Source: Octopus vulgaris (Eukaryota). Taken from it: a stretch of 64,000 nucleotides of DNA. The notes under the pieces are model-generated. The model saw only the letters and a program-made list of their open reading frames with translations. It ran no database searches and had not been told where the DNA came from. Position 1 is the stretch's first letter; the number at the start of each line of letters is the position of its first letter. Position numbers and translations under genes: made by a program. Shown one piece after another: positions 1-14,427 of the stretch. The DNA lies in contig OX597839.1 in the NCBI GenBank assembly GCA_951406725.2, positions 4,154,001 through 4,218,000 on the forward strand. Direction: 5' to 3'.

Positions 1-1106
1 CCTGTTTACTCACGTGGGTCACATCCAGGACGACCAGCCTACCTTCTAGGTCCTGTAAGTCCAAGCTCTTCCTGATAAGGACTGTCATGCCCGCTCCTCT
101 TCAAAGAAATTGCCATGCTATTGTCATGAACTGAACTAACAACTATTTGTTCGTTCATATGCATGTATACACACACACACCACTACAACCTTTCATCATC
201 TGACACGAGATCCTCTCCTCTAATGTCCCCTCCCCTCTCAGAGAATTTTTGTCTTGCAGGTACAGAAAACTCTACTTGTGAAGACCTGCTGAAGCAAGTG
301 AGAATCGAAATCGATCAACATCAATGGAAATTGCAGCTGTGATACGTAAGAGAACCATCCGAACGTGGCCGTTGCCAGCGCCGCCCCGACTGGCCTCCTG
401 CCGGTGGCACGTAAAAAGCACCATCCAATTGTGGCCGTTTGCCAGCATTGCCTGGCCCCCGTGCCGGTGGCATGTAAAAAGCAACCATCCAATTGTGGCC
501 GATTGCCAGCCTTTGTCTGGCACCTGTGCCGGTGGCACGTAAAAAGCACCCACTACACTCACGGAGTGGTTGGCGTTAGGAAGGGCATCCAGCCGTAGAA
601 ACACTACCAGATCAGACTGGGCCTGGTGCAACCTTCTGGCTTCCCAGACCCCAGTTGAACCGTCCAACCCATGCTAGCATGGAAAGCGGACGCTAAACGA
701 TGATGATGATGAAGTTGCCTGGTGACCCTGCCACGTAAAAAGCATTCAGTCTACACTGTAAAGTGGTTGGCATTTGGAAGGGCATCCAACTGTAATAACT
801 TTGCCAAAACTGACCTCACCTGTGCTGGTGCCATGGTAAAAAGCACTATCCACTTTGCAGGGTGGTTGGTGTTAGGAAGGGCATCCAGCCATAAAAATTC
901 TGCCGAATCAGACACAGAAGTCTGGTGCAGGTTTCTGCCAAACCATACAACCCATGCCAGCATGGAAAGCGGATGTTAAACGATGATGATATACACACAC
1001 ACATGTATGTATACATTGCTTCTTAGTTTTTAAGCTTCATTCTCTTTTAACTATGGAAATGGTTAACAGCTCTGGCAAGTCATTGCGATATATGAAGATA
1101 TATATA

Positions 1107-1490
1107 GGCGCAGGAGTGGCTGTGTGGTAAGTAGCTTGCTAACCAACCACATGGTTCCGGGTTCAGTCCCACTGCATAGCACATTGGGCACAAGTGTCTT
1201 CTGCTATAGCCCCGGGCCGACCAATGCCTTGTGAGTGGATTTGGTAGACGGAAACTGAAAGAAGCCTGTCATATATATGTATGTATATATATATGTATGT
1301 GTGTGTCTGTGTCTGTCCCTCTAGCATTGCTTGACAACCGATGCTGGTGTGTTTATGTCCCCTGTCACTTAGCAGTTCAGCAAAAGAGACCGATAGAATA
1401 AGTACTGGGCTAACAAAGAATAAGTCCTGGGCGTCGATTTCCTCGACTAAAGGCCACAGTCAAATGATTGAAACAAGTAAAAGAGTCAAA
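1107..1490 (+). mobile_element. tRNA-derived SINE family A (GGCGCAGGAGTGGCTGTGTGGTAAG... ending GACTGAAACAAGTAAAAGAG), representative copy
   Basis: Pol III A/B-box-like head, central microsatellite. Many copies, e.g. 2160-2545, 2763-3155, 18765-19160(-), 26590-26968(-), 29300-29660(-), 31450-31810(-), 32650-33075(-), 33637-34022, 48447-48832, 51830-52205(-). Confidence 0.85.
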
Positions 1491-4474
1491 GAGAGATATG
1501 CTTTTATGCTGCTAATTACAAGATACCTATACCAAAGTTACGTAAAATGATTTTAACATTTTCGACATTTTGCCCTTTTTTTGGGCAATTCCTTCTTCTT
1601 GTGTGCAAAAAACGGTGTCTGGGTGAAGTAAGAACAAAGACAAAATGCTTGAAATATTTCATCAAAACAACCCCGTGGCAGTGGCACATAAGAAGCACCA
1701 TCCGACTGTGGCCATTTGCCAGCGTCGTCTGGCACCCGTGCCGGTGGCACGTAAAAAGCACCCACTACACTCACGGAGTGGTTGGTGTTAAGAAGGGCAT
1801 CCAGCTGTAGAAACATTGCCAGATCAGACTGGGCCTGGTGCAGCCTTCTGGCTTCCCAGACCCCAGTTGAACCATCCAACCCATGCTAGCATGGAAAGCG
1901 GACACTAAATGATGATAATGATGATGATGAACCATTTGTAAAATAACATCTTGTTGGAAAGTTTCATTTTAAATATGATAAATAATATTTCTAGGTTGAT
2001 TTTAAAGTCTAAAATGTATATCAAGATATTCGTTAATAAATCTATAAATTTTCTTTAGCATCTAATTTTGTTGAATTTGAAAATATTAAAAATCGATTCC
2101 CTGCATGCTCTTTGATCAGAGAGCAATTGAGTGACTTTTGTTTTGGCTTTTGTGTACATAGGCGTAGGAATAGCTGTGTGGTAAGTAGCTTGCTTACCAA
2201 TCACATGGTTCCGGGTTCAGTCCCACTGCGTGCCACCTTGGGCAAGTGTCTTCTACTATAGCCTCGGGCCGACCAAAGCCTTGTGAGGGGATTTGGTAGA
2301 CGGAAACTGAAAGAAGCCTGTCGTATATATGTATGTATATATATATGTATGTGTGTGTCTGTGCCCCCAACATCGCTCGACAACCGATGCTTGTGTGTTT
2401 ACGTCCCCGTAACTTAGCGGTTTGGCAAAAGAGGCCGATAGAATAAGTACTAGGCTTACAAAGAATAAGTCCTGGGGGTCGATTTCCTCGACTAAAAGGC
2501 AGTATTCCAGCATGGCCGTAGTCAAATGCCTGAAACAAGTATAAGAGTATACGTACACACACACACACACAAGTAGGTGCTGAAAAGCTCTTGGGTTCAG
2601 GTAAAAGAAAATACAAGAGGATCAGTTAATTATGATTTTATTCAACATATTCTCCACTCAGATTCACACACTTATTGCAGACCTGTAAAAGAACTTGGAA
2701 GATTGGGCCTCCAACCAGGCCTTTTGTGATACACTTAAAGCCAGGAATTTTCCAGCAATCCCAGGAGTGGCTGTGTGGTAAGTAGCTTGTTTACCAACCA
2801 CATGTTTCCGGGTTCAGTCCCACTGCGTGGCATCTTGGGCAAGTGTCTTCTACTATAGCCTCGGGCCGACCAAAGCCTTGTGAGTGGATTTGGTAGATGG
2901 AAACTGAAAAGAAGCCCATCATATATATGTATATATATATATATATGCGTGTTTGTGTTTGTGTGTCTGTGTTTGTCCCCTTAGCATTGCTTGACAACCG
3001 ATGCTGGTATGTTTACGTCCCTGTTACTTAGCGGTTCGGCAAAAGAGACCGGTAGAATAAGTACTTGGCTTACAAAAGAATAAGTTCCAGGGTCGAGTTA
3101 CTCGATTAAAGGCGGTGCTCCAGCATGGCCGCAGTCAAATGACTGAAACAAGTAAGTAAAGAAAGATAAAGTAAAGATCTGCCCAATTTAGCGGTTTGGC
3201 AAAAAAAAACCCAACAGAAGCTTTGATCAGCCTGGGGCTAACATAGAAGGTATTTGCCCAAGGTGCCATGCAGTGGGACTGAACCCCGAGATATGTGGTT
3301 GGGAAGCAAGCGTCATACCACACAGCCATGGCTGTACTAACTTAACTGGACAGACAAGGCTTAAAAAAAAAGGTGCTGGGGTTGGTTCATTCGACCAAAA
3401 TTCAAAAATACATAAAAAATAAATAAACAAAACTTCATAAAATTTTTTTTGTTATATTTCCAAATTTTCAGAATTAGGTATCCTTTTTTTCTAAAAAGCT
3501 GTAATTATAATAAATCCTTCAATGAAACCCCAGATACTAGGATTCAGAATATACATATTTATAGTGAGTGAATGGTAGAATTGTGGCATTTTGTTACAAC
3601 TCTTTGTGTTCTAAGTTCAAATCCTGCCCAGGTCACTTTGTCTCACATCAGTTGTGGGCAACCTTTTATTATTTTTTTTTCCAGAAGTGGGCCACATGAG
3701 ACATGGTTTATCAGGCGGGCTGCAAGAACAGGGTCATTTTACTTTGGTGTGCTGTTCAGAAAGTCTTGAAGATTTCAGTTTGCCTATGACTATTAGATTT
3801 GTGAGTATTAGATTTACAAAAACCTTAACAAAAAGTATTAGATTTACAAAAACCTGTAGAAACATTGCCAGATAAGATTGGAGCCTGGTGCAGCCTTCTG
3901 GCTTCCCAGATCCCCGGTCGAACCATCCAACCCATGCTAGCATGGAGAACGGACGTTAAACGATGATGATGATTAACTATGGAAGGAAATCAAAGACATA
4001 TTAGAATTCTTTAACCTTTTGGCCATTTTAATGTATTTGTGTAAGTTTGTTCTAAACATCCATGCGAGTTCTCCAACTTTTAATTAACCCGCAGAATTAC
4101 CCATTCTGAGTAATATAAAACTTTCCTTTTGTAAGCTCCAAGTGGAAACAAAAATTGAGAATGTGTGTTATGTATGATGCATAAACGCCAGAGAAAGATG
4201 CCCTGTGCATTGCATGAGATGCACAGGAAAGGCAAGCATTTAACACACCGAGTGTTATGCTTTTAAAAACCTTAACTACTGAAGGAAATCAGCCATTTGG
4301 CCATGTAAAGTATTTGTATAAGTTTGTCCTAAATGTCCATGCTTGTTTTCAGACTTTGAGGGAGCCCTTGTTTCATTCGTTCTGAGTCATATAAACCCTT
4401 TCCTTTCAGAAGTCCCAAGTTACTCTGAATGTCAAAAAATTTGGTATGTTTATTTATCATCGTATATGATGCGT

Positions 4475-4810
4475 GAAGGTGCATGGCTCAGTGGTTAGAG
4501 CGTCGAGCTTACGATCGTGAGGTTGTGAGTTCGAATTCCGGACCGGGTTGCGTGTTGTGTTCTTGAGCAAGACACTTTATTTCACATTGCTCCAGTTCAC
4601 TCAGCTGTAGAAATGAGTTGCGACATCACAGGTGCCAAGCTGTATCGGCCCCTTTGCCTTCCCCTTGGATAACACTGGTGGCATAGAGAGGGGAGGCCAG
4701 TATACATGGGTGGCTGCTGGTCTTCCATAAACAACCTTGCCTGGACTTGTGCCTGGGAGGGTAACTTTCTAGGTGCAATCCCATGGTCAGTCATGACCGA
4801 AGGGGGTTTT
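4475..4810 (+). mobile_element. tRNA-headed SINE with CORE-like body
   Basis: TGGCTCAGTGGTTAGAGC / GAGTTCGAATTCC followed by GTTGTGTTCTTGAGCAAGACACTTTA. Confidence 0.75.
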
Positions 4811-5288
4811 AATATATGATGCGTGGACACCAGGGAAAAGAAGGGTTGAAATTAACAGAAGCCAACAAATGAATGTGTGAGTGTGGGATAGAATATACTC
4901 AATTAGAATCACACCCCTCAGTAGATTACATCTTTATTTCATCAACACTGCTAAAGTCAACCTGAACAGGTTTCAAACTCAAAAGTTAAAGAAGTCCTAA
5001 TTTAATACCACAAGGCATTTTGTCCACTGCTCCAAACAATTCTACCAACACACCATTCTTCATAAATATAAATTAAATGATAATTAACAGTTTATAATTA
5101 TTCCTCATTGTTTTTCTCCATTTTTATCAGTTCTAGATTCTGAAGATGAAATGGAAATCCACATGTCAGATATTTTGCCACATGGTACCAGCTTTGGTTC
5201 GTTATAAAAGAAACCTGCTACTGTCCTAAATAGATTTTGGTGGTGGAAACCGGTTTACTCTGGAACTGTGTGGAATGGTGCTGGTGTT

Positions 5289-5389
5289 TTATGGCACTTG
5301 CCATTTCTGGAAGAAGTCATTCCCTTTGTTGTCAACGACGATGAAAGCAGGAAAATTTTCTACTTCAACTTTCCAGATAGCTTCCATGC
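5289..5389 (-). CDS. fumA: class I fumarase terminal exon 12 ([32 protein letters not shown])
   Basis: cctatcag acceptor, TAA stop at 5291-5289. Confidence 0.96.
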
Positions 5390-5870
5390 CTGATAGGAGT
5401 AGATGTGACGAGGAAGAGAGAAATACAGATAGTTTTAGAGTTGCAAAAACAGATATTTAAAGGTGAGTGAGAGAGAGAGAGAGGGAGAGAGGGAGGGAGA
5501 GAGAAATATAGATATTTTTAGAGTCACAAAACAGATATTTAAAGGTGAGTGAGTGAGTGAGGAGTGAGGGAGGAGTGAGTGAGTGAGTGAGTGAGTGAGG
5601 GAGTGAGGAGTGAGTGAGTGAGGAGTGAGTGAGTGAGTGAGAGTGAGTGAGTGAGTGAGTGAGTGAGTGAGTGAGTGAGGAGTGAGTGAGGAGTGAGTGA
5701 GTGAGGAGTGAGTGAGTGAGTGAGGAGTGAGTGAGTGAGGAGTGAGTGAGTGAGGAGTGAGTGAGTGAGGAGTGAGTGAGTGAGTGAGTGAGTGAGGAGT
5801 GAGTGAGAGTGAGTGAGAGTGAGTGAGGAGTGAGGGAGGAGTGAGTGAGAGAGAGAGAGAGTGAGTGAGT

Positions 5871-5911
<41 letters not shown>

Positions 5912-8900
5912 TGTGATTGTGTGTGCATGCTTGAATGTAAGGGATACTGTATGTCTTTTAGGTGTCTGGGAGAGAGAGAGAGAGAGAGAGAAAAAGAGAA
6001 AAGAGAGATATTTAGTTTATTTACAGCAGGTATGAGTGACAATATGTGTGAGAGAAGAGAAAGATTCAGTTATTAAGAGGGAGAGAGAAAGACCGTGAGA
6101 AAAAGTTTGTGTCTAAGCGATAAATACTCTGTAGTGAGTACGTATGATAGCATATGACTGTATGCACGTGCGTGAGAGAGAGAGAGAGTCACATGGATGC
6201 AAACACACCAAGACCAGTTGTCAAGCAGTGGTGGTAGGGGACAAACACAGACACTACACACACACACACATATATATATATACACAATGGGCTTCTTTCA
6301 GTTTCTGTTTACCTAAACCACTTATAAGGCTTTGGTCAACCTGAGGCTATAGTAGAAAGCACTTGCCCAAGGTACCACGCTGTGGGACTGAACACCTAGA
6401 ACCATGTGGTTGGGGGAAAAAAAAAAGCTTCTTTCTACACTTCTACACAGCCATACTTGTGCCTAATATATATAAAAAGCACCCGCTACACTCATGGAGT
6501 GGTTGGTGTAAGGAAGGGCATCCAGCCGTAGAAACATTGCCATATCAAACTGGGCCTGGTGCAGCCTTCTGGCTTCCCAGACCCCAGTTGAACTGTCCAA
6601 CCCATGCTAGCATGGAAAGCGAACACTAAACGATGATGATATATATATATATATATATAAAGGGAAAGTTTACGAAAATAAACAAAAGACGAAGGCAGGT
6701 GGAGTACAAACAAACAAATGTATTAGTATAGTGCTCAGGAATAGAAAAAGTCTTTTATGTTTCGAGCCTACGCTCTTCGACAGAAAGATACACAGAAAAA
6801 AAACAAGGAGAGAAAAAAATGCATGTAGGAGCTAACGATCTATGATGGCTTCCGTTGCCTGAGCAACCAACTGGCTCCGTGCCAGTGGCACGTAAAAGAC
6901 ACCATGCGAGCATGATCGTTACCAACATCGCCTTACTGGCACCTGTGCTGGTGGCATGTGTAATAAGATTCGAGCGAGGTCATTGCCAGTACCGCCTGAC
7001 TGGCCCCGTGCCGGTGGCACATAAAAAGCACCCACTACACTCACGGGTCAAGATTGGAGCCTGGTGTGGCTGTCTGGTTTGCCAGCCCTCAGTCAAACTC
7101 GTCCAACCCATGCTAGCATGGAAAACGGACGTTAAACGATAATGATGATGATGATGATATATATATCATCATCATCATCATTATCGTTTAACGTCCGTTT
7201 TCCATGCTAGCATGGGTTGGACGGTTCGACCGGGGTCTTGGAATCCAAGAGGCTGCACCAGGCTCCAGGCTGATCTGGCAGAGTTTCTACAGCTGGATGC
7301 CCTTCCTAATGGCAACCACTCCGTGAGTGTAGTGGGTGCTTTTTACGTGCCTCTGGCATCTGTGCCAGAGGAGGGCTGGCAACAGCCACGATTGGTTGTT
7401 GCTTTTTATGTGCCACCGGCACAGAAACCAGTCAAGGAGGCACTGGCATTGGCCACGTACGGATGGTGCTTTTTACGTACCACCGGCACATGTGCCAGGG
7501 TAGGCTGGCAACACCCACGAACGGTTGGTGCTTTTTACGTGCCACCGGCACGGAAGCCAGTCAAGGATATAATGGGCTTCTTTCATTTTCTACCAACCAA
7601 ATTCACTCAGGAAGCTTTGATCAGCCTGGGGCTAACGTAGAAGGTATTTGACCAAAGTGCCATGCAGTGGGACTGAACTAGGACCTATGTGGTTGGGAAG
7701 CAAACGTAAAACCACACAGCCATGCCTGTACTAACTTAATTGGACAGACATACAGGTGAGCAGAGTGACAAACAACTGGGGATGAAAGGATGGGGAGGGG
7801 ATGAAAAATGTGAGACAGACTGATAGACACACAGACAAAAAATAGAGGTGGAACAAGGTGGAAGAAGAAAGAGAGGAATGATGTTGGAAAGTGGTGGGAA
7901 CAGACCAGCTGGACTTACCTAATTCTGGGTATTCTAAAACTTCAACCTTCTTGATACAGTTCTCAGCCAAGATGGCAGCTGGTCCTCCAATGGAACCAAG
8001 GTAGAAGCCACCATGTTGTTTACAGGATCTGGTTACCTGACAGGTGAGAAGAAAAAGGAAGAAGTTAAAATGATAGTGGGGAGCGATGTGAAAGGGTGAC
8101 AGAGAGCGAGAGTATTGTTATAAATAAAGAGGGAGGGGTTGATGTGGGGGTGGTAATGAGATAGCTTGAGACAGCTACCTGAGAAAGAGATGACAGTGAT
8201 GGAGAGGAATGATATAAGAGATAGAGAGAGGGAGCATCATTACATATGAAGAGAGGGGAGTTAATGTGGGTGGAGCAGTGACATGGTCATCTGACAGGAA
8301 GAGGAGAGAGAGATTGAGAGAGTATCATTACATATGAAGAGAGGGGAGTTAATGTGGGTGGAGCAGTGACATGGTCATCTGACAGGAGGAGGAGAGAGAG
8401 ATTGAGAGAGTATCATTACATATGAAGAGAGGGAAGTTAATGTGGGTGGAGCAGTGACATGGTCATCTGACAGGAGGAGGAGAGAGAGATTGAGAGAGTA
8501 TCATTACATATGAAGAGAGGGAAGTTAATGTGGGAGGAGCAGTGACATGGTCATCTGACAGGAGGAGGAGAGAGAGATTGAGAGAGTATCATTACATATG
8601 AAGAGAGGGAAGTTAATGTGGGTGGAGCAGTGACATGGTCATCTGACAGGAGGAGGAGAGAGAGATTGAGAGAGTATCATTACATATGAAGAGAGGGAAG
8701 TTAATGTGGGAGGAGCAGTGACATGGTCATCTGACAGGAGGAGGAGAGAGAGATTGAGATAATATCATTACATATGAAGAGAGGGAAGTTAATGTGGGTG
8801 GAGCAGTGACATGGTCATCTGACAGGAGGAGGAGAGAGAGATTGAGAGAGTATCATTACATATGAAGAGAGGGAAGTTAATGTGGGAGGAGCAGTGACAT

Positions 8901-11222
8901 GGTCATCTGACAGGAGGAGGAGAGAGAGATTGAGAGAATATCATTACATATGAAGAGAGGGAAGTTAATGTGGGTGGAGCAGTGACATGGTCATCTGACA
9001 AGAGGAGGAGAGAGAGATAGAGAGAGTATCATTACATATGAAGAGAGGGAAGTTAATGTGGGTGGAGCAGTGACATGGTCATCTGACAGGAGGAGGAGAG
9101 AGAGATTGAGAGAGTATCATTACATATGAAGAGAGGGAAGTTAATGTGGGAGGAGCAGTGACATGGTCATCTGACAGGAGGAGGAGAGAGAGATAGAGAG
9201 AATATCATTACATATGAAGAGAGGGGAGCTAATGTGGGTGGAGCAGTGACATAGTCATCTGACAGGAGGAGGAGAGAGAGATAGAGAGAATATCATTACA
9301 TATGAAGAGAGGGAAGTTAATGTGGGTGGAGCAGTGATATGGTCATCTGACAGGAGGATGAGAGAGAGATAGAGAGAGTATCATTACATATGAAGAGAGG
9401 GAAGTTAATGTGGGTGGAGCAGTGACATGGTCATCTGACAGGAGGAGGAGAGAGAGATAGAGAGAGTATCATTATACATAAAGAGAGAGAGGGATGGAGG
9501 TTGATAGGGGCAGGGCAATAAGATGTTCACCTGAGAGGAGGGAAGGAGGAAGAGAGTGATAGGGATGAATGATATAAAAGAGTGATTGAGTGAGAGAGAG
9601 AGAGAGAGAGAGAGAATCACCGCATATAAGAATATAATACAACATATACAAAAGTATATATATTCACCAAATTATACACACACATGCATACAGACAAATA
9701 CACATGCACATATACACACATGGACTGACCTGTCTGCTTCTGTTTCCTTTAGCTAACATCACCATACTTCCGCCATGTGACTGTAACATATCGACATAGG
9801 AATCCATACGTCCAGCAGTTGTAGGGCCGAAAGATCCACTGGCGTAACCCTGATGAGACAATGTACAATACATGTGTACAGAATTTACAACAAATACAAA
9901 ACAAACAAGTTCATCATCATCATCATCGTCATCATCATTGCTGCCACCACTACAAGCACCAGCACTGTCAATATCCATTTTTCCTCTAAGGTGGCGAGCT
10001 GGCAGAAACATTAGCATGCCGGGCGAAATGCATAGCCATATTTCGCCTGCCGTTACGTTCTGAGTTCAAATTCTGCCGAGGTCGACTTTGCCTTTCATCC
10101 TTTCGGGGTCGATTAAATAAATACCTATTTCTTTACTACCCACAAGGGGCTAAACACAGAGGGGACAAACAAGGACAGACAAACGGATTAAGTCGATTAC
10201 ATCGACCACAGTGCGTAACTGGTACTTAATTTATCAACCCCGAAAGGATGAAAGGCAAAGTCGATCTTGTCGGAATTTGAACTCAGAACGTAACGGCAGA
10301 CGAAATACCACTAAGCATTTTGCCCGGCATGCTAACGTTTCTGCCAGCTTGCCGCCTTCGATTAAATAAATACCAGTTATGCACTGGGGTTGATATAATA
10401 CACTTAATCCGCTTGTCTGTCCTTGTTTGTCCTCTCTGTGTTTAGCCCCTTGTGGGTAGTAAAGAAATAGAAATAGGTATTTCGTTTGTCTTTACGTTCT
10501 GAGTTCAAATTCTGCCAAGGTTGACTTTGCCTTTCATCCTTTTGCGGTTGATAACTTAAGTACCAGATGCATACTAGGGTCGATCTAATCAACTGACCCC
10601 CACTACCCCAAAATTTTCGGCTTTGTGCCTAGAGTAGAAAAGAACATCCCTTTTCCCATGCTTACTTGGGATGGATTTTATTGAGGTATACAATTTCCTA
10701 TGAGGCGGATGTTCTTCCTATAATCAAATTTTACCTGTTTCTAAGCAAGGTAATATTTTCTTGTAGTCAAGCATGTTTTTGCAGAATACTGGAAATGAAT
10801 GACACTATAATAAACATTTATATCTATCACATAATGTCAAGACAAGGAAGCATATACATACACATACTTATATGCAGACATATATGTATATGTACTTATA
10901 TATAAGTACATACACATATACGTTTCAACCGTGTTTTACTGACGTGAATTTGCTACTCAGGTATCGATTAACCGAATTATCCATACTAGGATAATTCATT
11001 CACCTACTTAAATATATATATATGCATATTTATATTTTTTTATATTTATATATTTTTCTCTCCTTGTTTTTTCTGTGTCCCTTTCTGTAGAAGAGCGTAG
11101 GCTCGAAACGTAAAATACTTTTTCTATTCCTGAGCGTTATACTAATACATCTGTTTGTTTTGTACACCACCTGTGTTCGTCTTTTGATTTTTTCGTAAAC
11201 TCTCCCTATATATATATATATG

Positions 11223-11256
<34 letters not shown>

Positions 11257-11339
11257 TATATATCATCATCATCATCATCGTTTAACGTCTGTTCTCCATG
11301 CTAGCATGGGTATATATATATGCATATATATATATGCAT

Positions 11340-11377
<38 letters not shown>

Positions 11378-13291
11378 GCATACATATATATATATATGCA
11401 AACTTAAAAAAGCATATTGCTGAAAGTCTTGGTTATATGTTATTGCCTCCATGAGGCCCAACACTAGAAAGGTGCTTTTTATGTGCCACTGACATGGGTA
11501 GCCAGTTGCATGACAACAATTTCACTTGGCTCCATGGGACTTCTATTCAAGCATGGCATAATGCCAGAAAGAAAACAAAAAAAAAAAAGCAAAGGGAAAA
11601 AAAAAAAAAGAAGGGGTTCAAAAAGGTGTGTTTTTTTTACCTCAGGGGTTTTGGCAGGTCCTGCATAATAGACAGGATGGTCTCTCATATACTGGGGGAG
11701 GCCTTCACCATTGTCAATTCTCTCCTTTAACTTGGCATGAGCAATATCTCTGGCAACAATCAGCGTTCCGCTGAGAGACAGTCGAGTCTTAATAGGGTAA
11801 GAATCCAGGATTGTAAGCATATCCTTCATTGGTTGGTTCATGTCAATCTAATTAAGAAAAATTAAAACTATTAGAACTAATTGGTGTTTTTTTTTTAATA
11901 AAATGTGAAAAACAGAAAAAAATCAGAACTAAATTGATAATATATAGGCGCAGGAGTGGCTATGTGGTAAGTAGTGTGCTTACCAACCACATGGTTCCGG
12001 GTTCAATCCCACTGCGTGGCACCTTGGGCAAGTGTCTTCTATTATAGCCTTGGGCTGACCAAAACCTTGTGAGTGGATTTGGTAGATGGAAACTGAAAGA
12101 AGCCCGTCGTATATATATATATATATATATGGATATATATAAGTATATATATAAGGCGAGCTGGCAGAATGCTTAGCGGTATTTCGTCTGCCGTTACGCT
12201 CTGGGTTCAAATTCTGCTGACGTCGACTTTGCCTTTCATCCTTTCGGGGTCGATAAATTAAGTACCAGTTACGCACTGGTACTTAATTTATCGACCCCGA
12301 AAGGATGAAAGGCAAAGTCGACCTCGGCGGAATTTGAACTCAGAACGTAGCGGCAGACAAAATACCGCTAAGCATTCCGCCCAGCATGCTAACATTTCTG
12401 CCAGCTCGCTGCCTTCACCCATAGTATTCAACAACAAAGTGAAGTAACAGAAAACAAAAACATACAAACATACACACATCGTCGTCACCACCACCACCGC
12501 TACCAGCATCATCAAACATCTGTTTTTCCATGCTGTCATGAGTTGGACAGTTTAACCAAAGCTGGTAAGCTGGAGAGCTACACTAGATTCCAGTCTGATT
12601 TCACTTGGTTTCTATGGTTGGATGCCCTTCCTTAAACACCAACCACTTTACAGTGTGTGCTTGGTGCATTTAACAAGGTACCAACACATCCTCTTCACCA
12701 GGAGAAGTGGCCCGAACACTTCTGCTATGGAGGACGGGTCTTCTTGAGTAAAGCCAGGGGCTATCTTGGTCCTTTGTCATCTTGTCTGAAAGTTTCATAC
12801 ATACAAAGACAAACACACATATAACTCACCTGTACTACATCTCCGCCCAAATCTAAATCAGTGATCTCAGGTAGGTATTTGTGTGGGTTGGTTTCCAGTT
12901 GTTCTAGAAAGATTCCATCTTCATTGATCCGTGCATTAACCTTGGAAACAATCGAAATAGATAAATGAATAAATAAACACACAAATTTTAGTAAATTCTT
13001 TCAGTTAATTATTCAGTTAATTAATTAATTAATCAACAAGAAGCAGACATCAAAGAGCCCTAGAACAAAGAGACAATATTTTCAAAGATGGTTAAAAATA
13101 GCTTAATATCTTTCATCATTCAACTGTTTCAGTCATTAGATTGTGGCCATGCTGGGGCACTGTCTTGAAGAACTTTTAGTTGAATGAATGGACTCCAGTA
13201 CTTGATTTTTAAGTTTGGTACTTAGGTACTTGTTCTAGTGTTCTCTTTTGCTGAATCGGTTGTCAAGCAGTGGGGAGTGACAAACATAGAT

Positions 13292-13325
<34 letters not shown>

Positions 13326-13564
13326 GTAGATTAATCAGCCGAAATTGCGAAGATGATCCGGTTCTTGACTGATGACTGAGGGCTTCGAAAGTCCCGTTCG
13401 TGTTTTTTGTGTCGTCTTCTAAATGTTTCACGTTCTTGTCCCAGTTTGTATATTTTTTTAACTTTTACATATATATATATATATATATTACCAGGTGGTG
13501 CTATTAAGTTAGACATGGCCTGGGCCAATAATGGCCGAAACCTATCAAAGTATCAAAGTATATA

Positions 13565-13601
<37 letters not shown>

Positions 13602-14388
13602 CATTATCGGCGTTAGGAAGGGCATCCAGCTGTAGAAACTCTGCCAAATCAAGACTGGAGTCTGGTGCAGCCATCTGGTTCACCAGCCCTCAGTCAAAAT
13701 CGTCCAACCCATGCTAGCATGGAAAGTGGACGTTAAACGATGATGATGATGATGATTATGATGATATATGATGGGCTTTCAGTTTCTGTGAATGAAATCC
13801 ACTCACAAGGCTTTAGTTGGCGCAAGGCTGTTGTAGAAGTCACCTGCCCAAGGTGCTGCACAGTGGGACCGAACCTGGATCCATGTGGTTGGGAAGCAAG
13901 CTTCTTACCACACTGCTACACCTGTTGACATTTTTTTTAAATACTTTATTTTAGGATGGGATATTGGGTTTTGCTTTCCTTTTATGCAAACAGGCAAATT
14001 TAGCTCAAACACCCTGAACATACAAAAACACACGTGTGTGTAAAATATTGGATGAAAAAGTTTTCGGGGTGCAAAGATGTAAATGCAAAAAAAGGAAAAT
14101 AATAATCTTCTTACTTGTCTGTCAGCAGAACAAGAAACACCGATGCCTACGGGGCAGGAAGCTCCGTGACGGGGTAACCGAATAACCCTCACGTCATGAC
14201 AGAAGTACTTGCCGCCAAACTGTGCCCCAATACCCATCTGTTGCGTTAACTTGTGCAGTTCTTTCTCTAGTTCAACATCACGAAATGCACGGCCAAATTC
14301 ATTACCTGCAGAAGAAAAAGATGAGATAATAATAATAACAATAATAATAATAATAATAATAATGATAATAATAATAATGATAATAATG

Positions 14389-14427
<39 letters not shown>

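Noticed and set aside
4475-4550. tRNA genes here and at ~20028, 52692 and 58393
   Set aside because: A/B boxes are present but acceptor stems do not close and each runs into a SINE body
8236-9467. CRISPR-like array
   Set aside because: Units are near-identical along their whole length with no unique spacers; eukaryotic intron; no cas genes
13369-13396. CTGATGA...GAAA hammerhead candidate
   Set aside because: No stem II between the boxes and no stem I; the local hairpin instead sequesters GAAA
13517-13546. Hammerhead relic CUG-GGCCA-auaa-UGGCC-GAAAC
   Set aside because: Stem II and GAAA are good, but the core lacks ANGA and stems I/III are absent; at best a dead fragment
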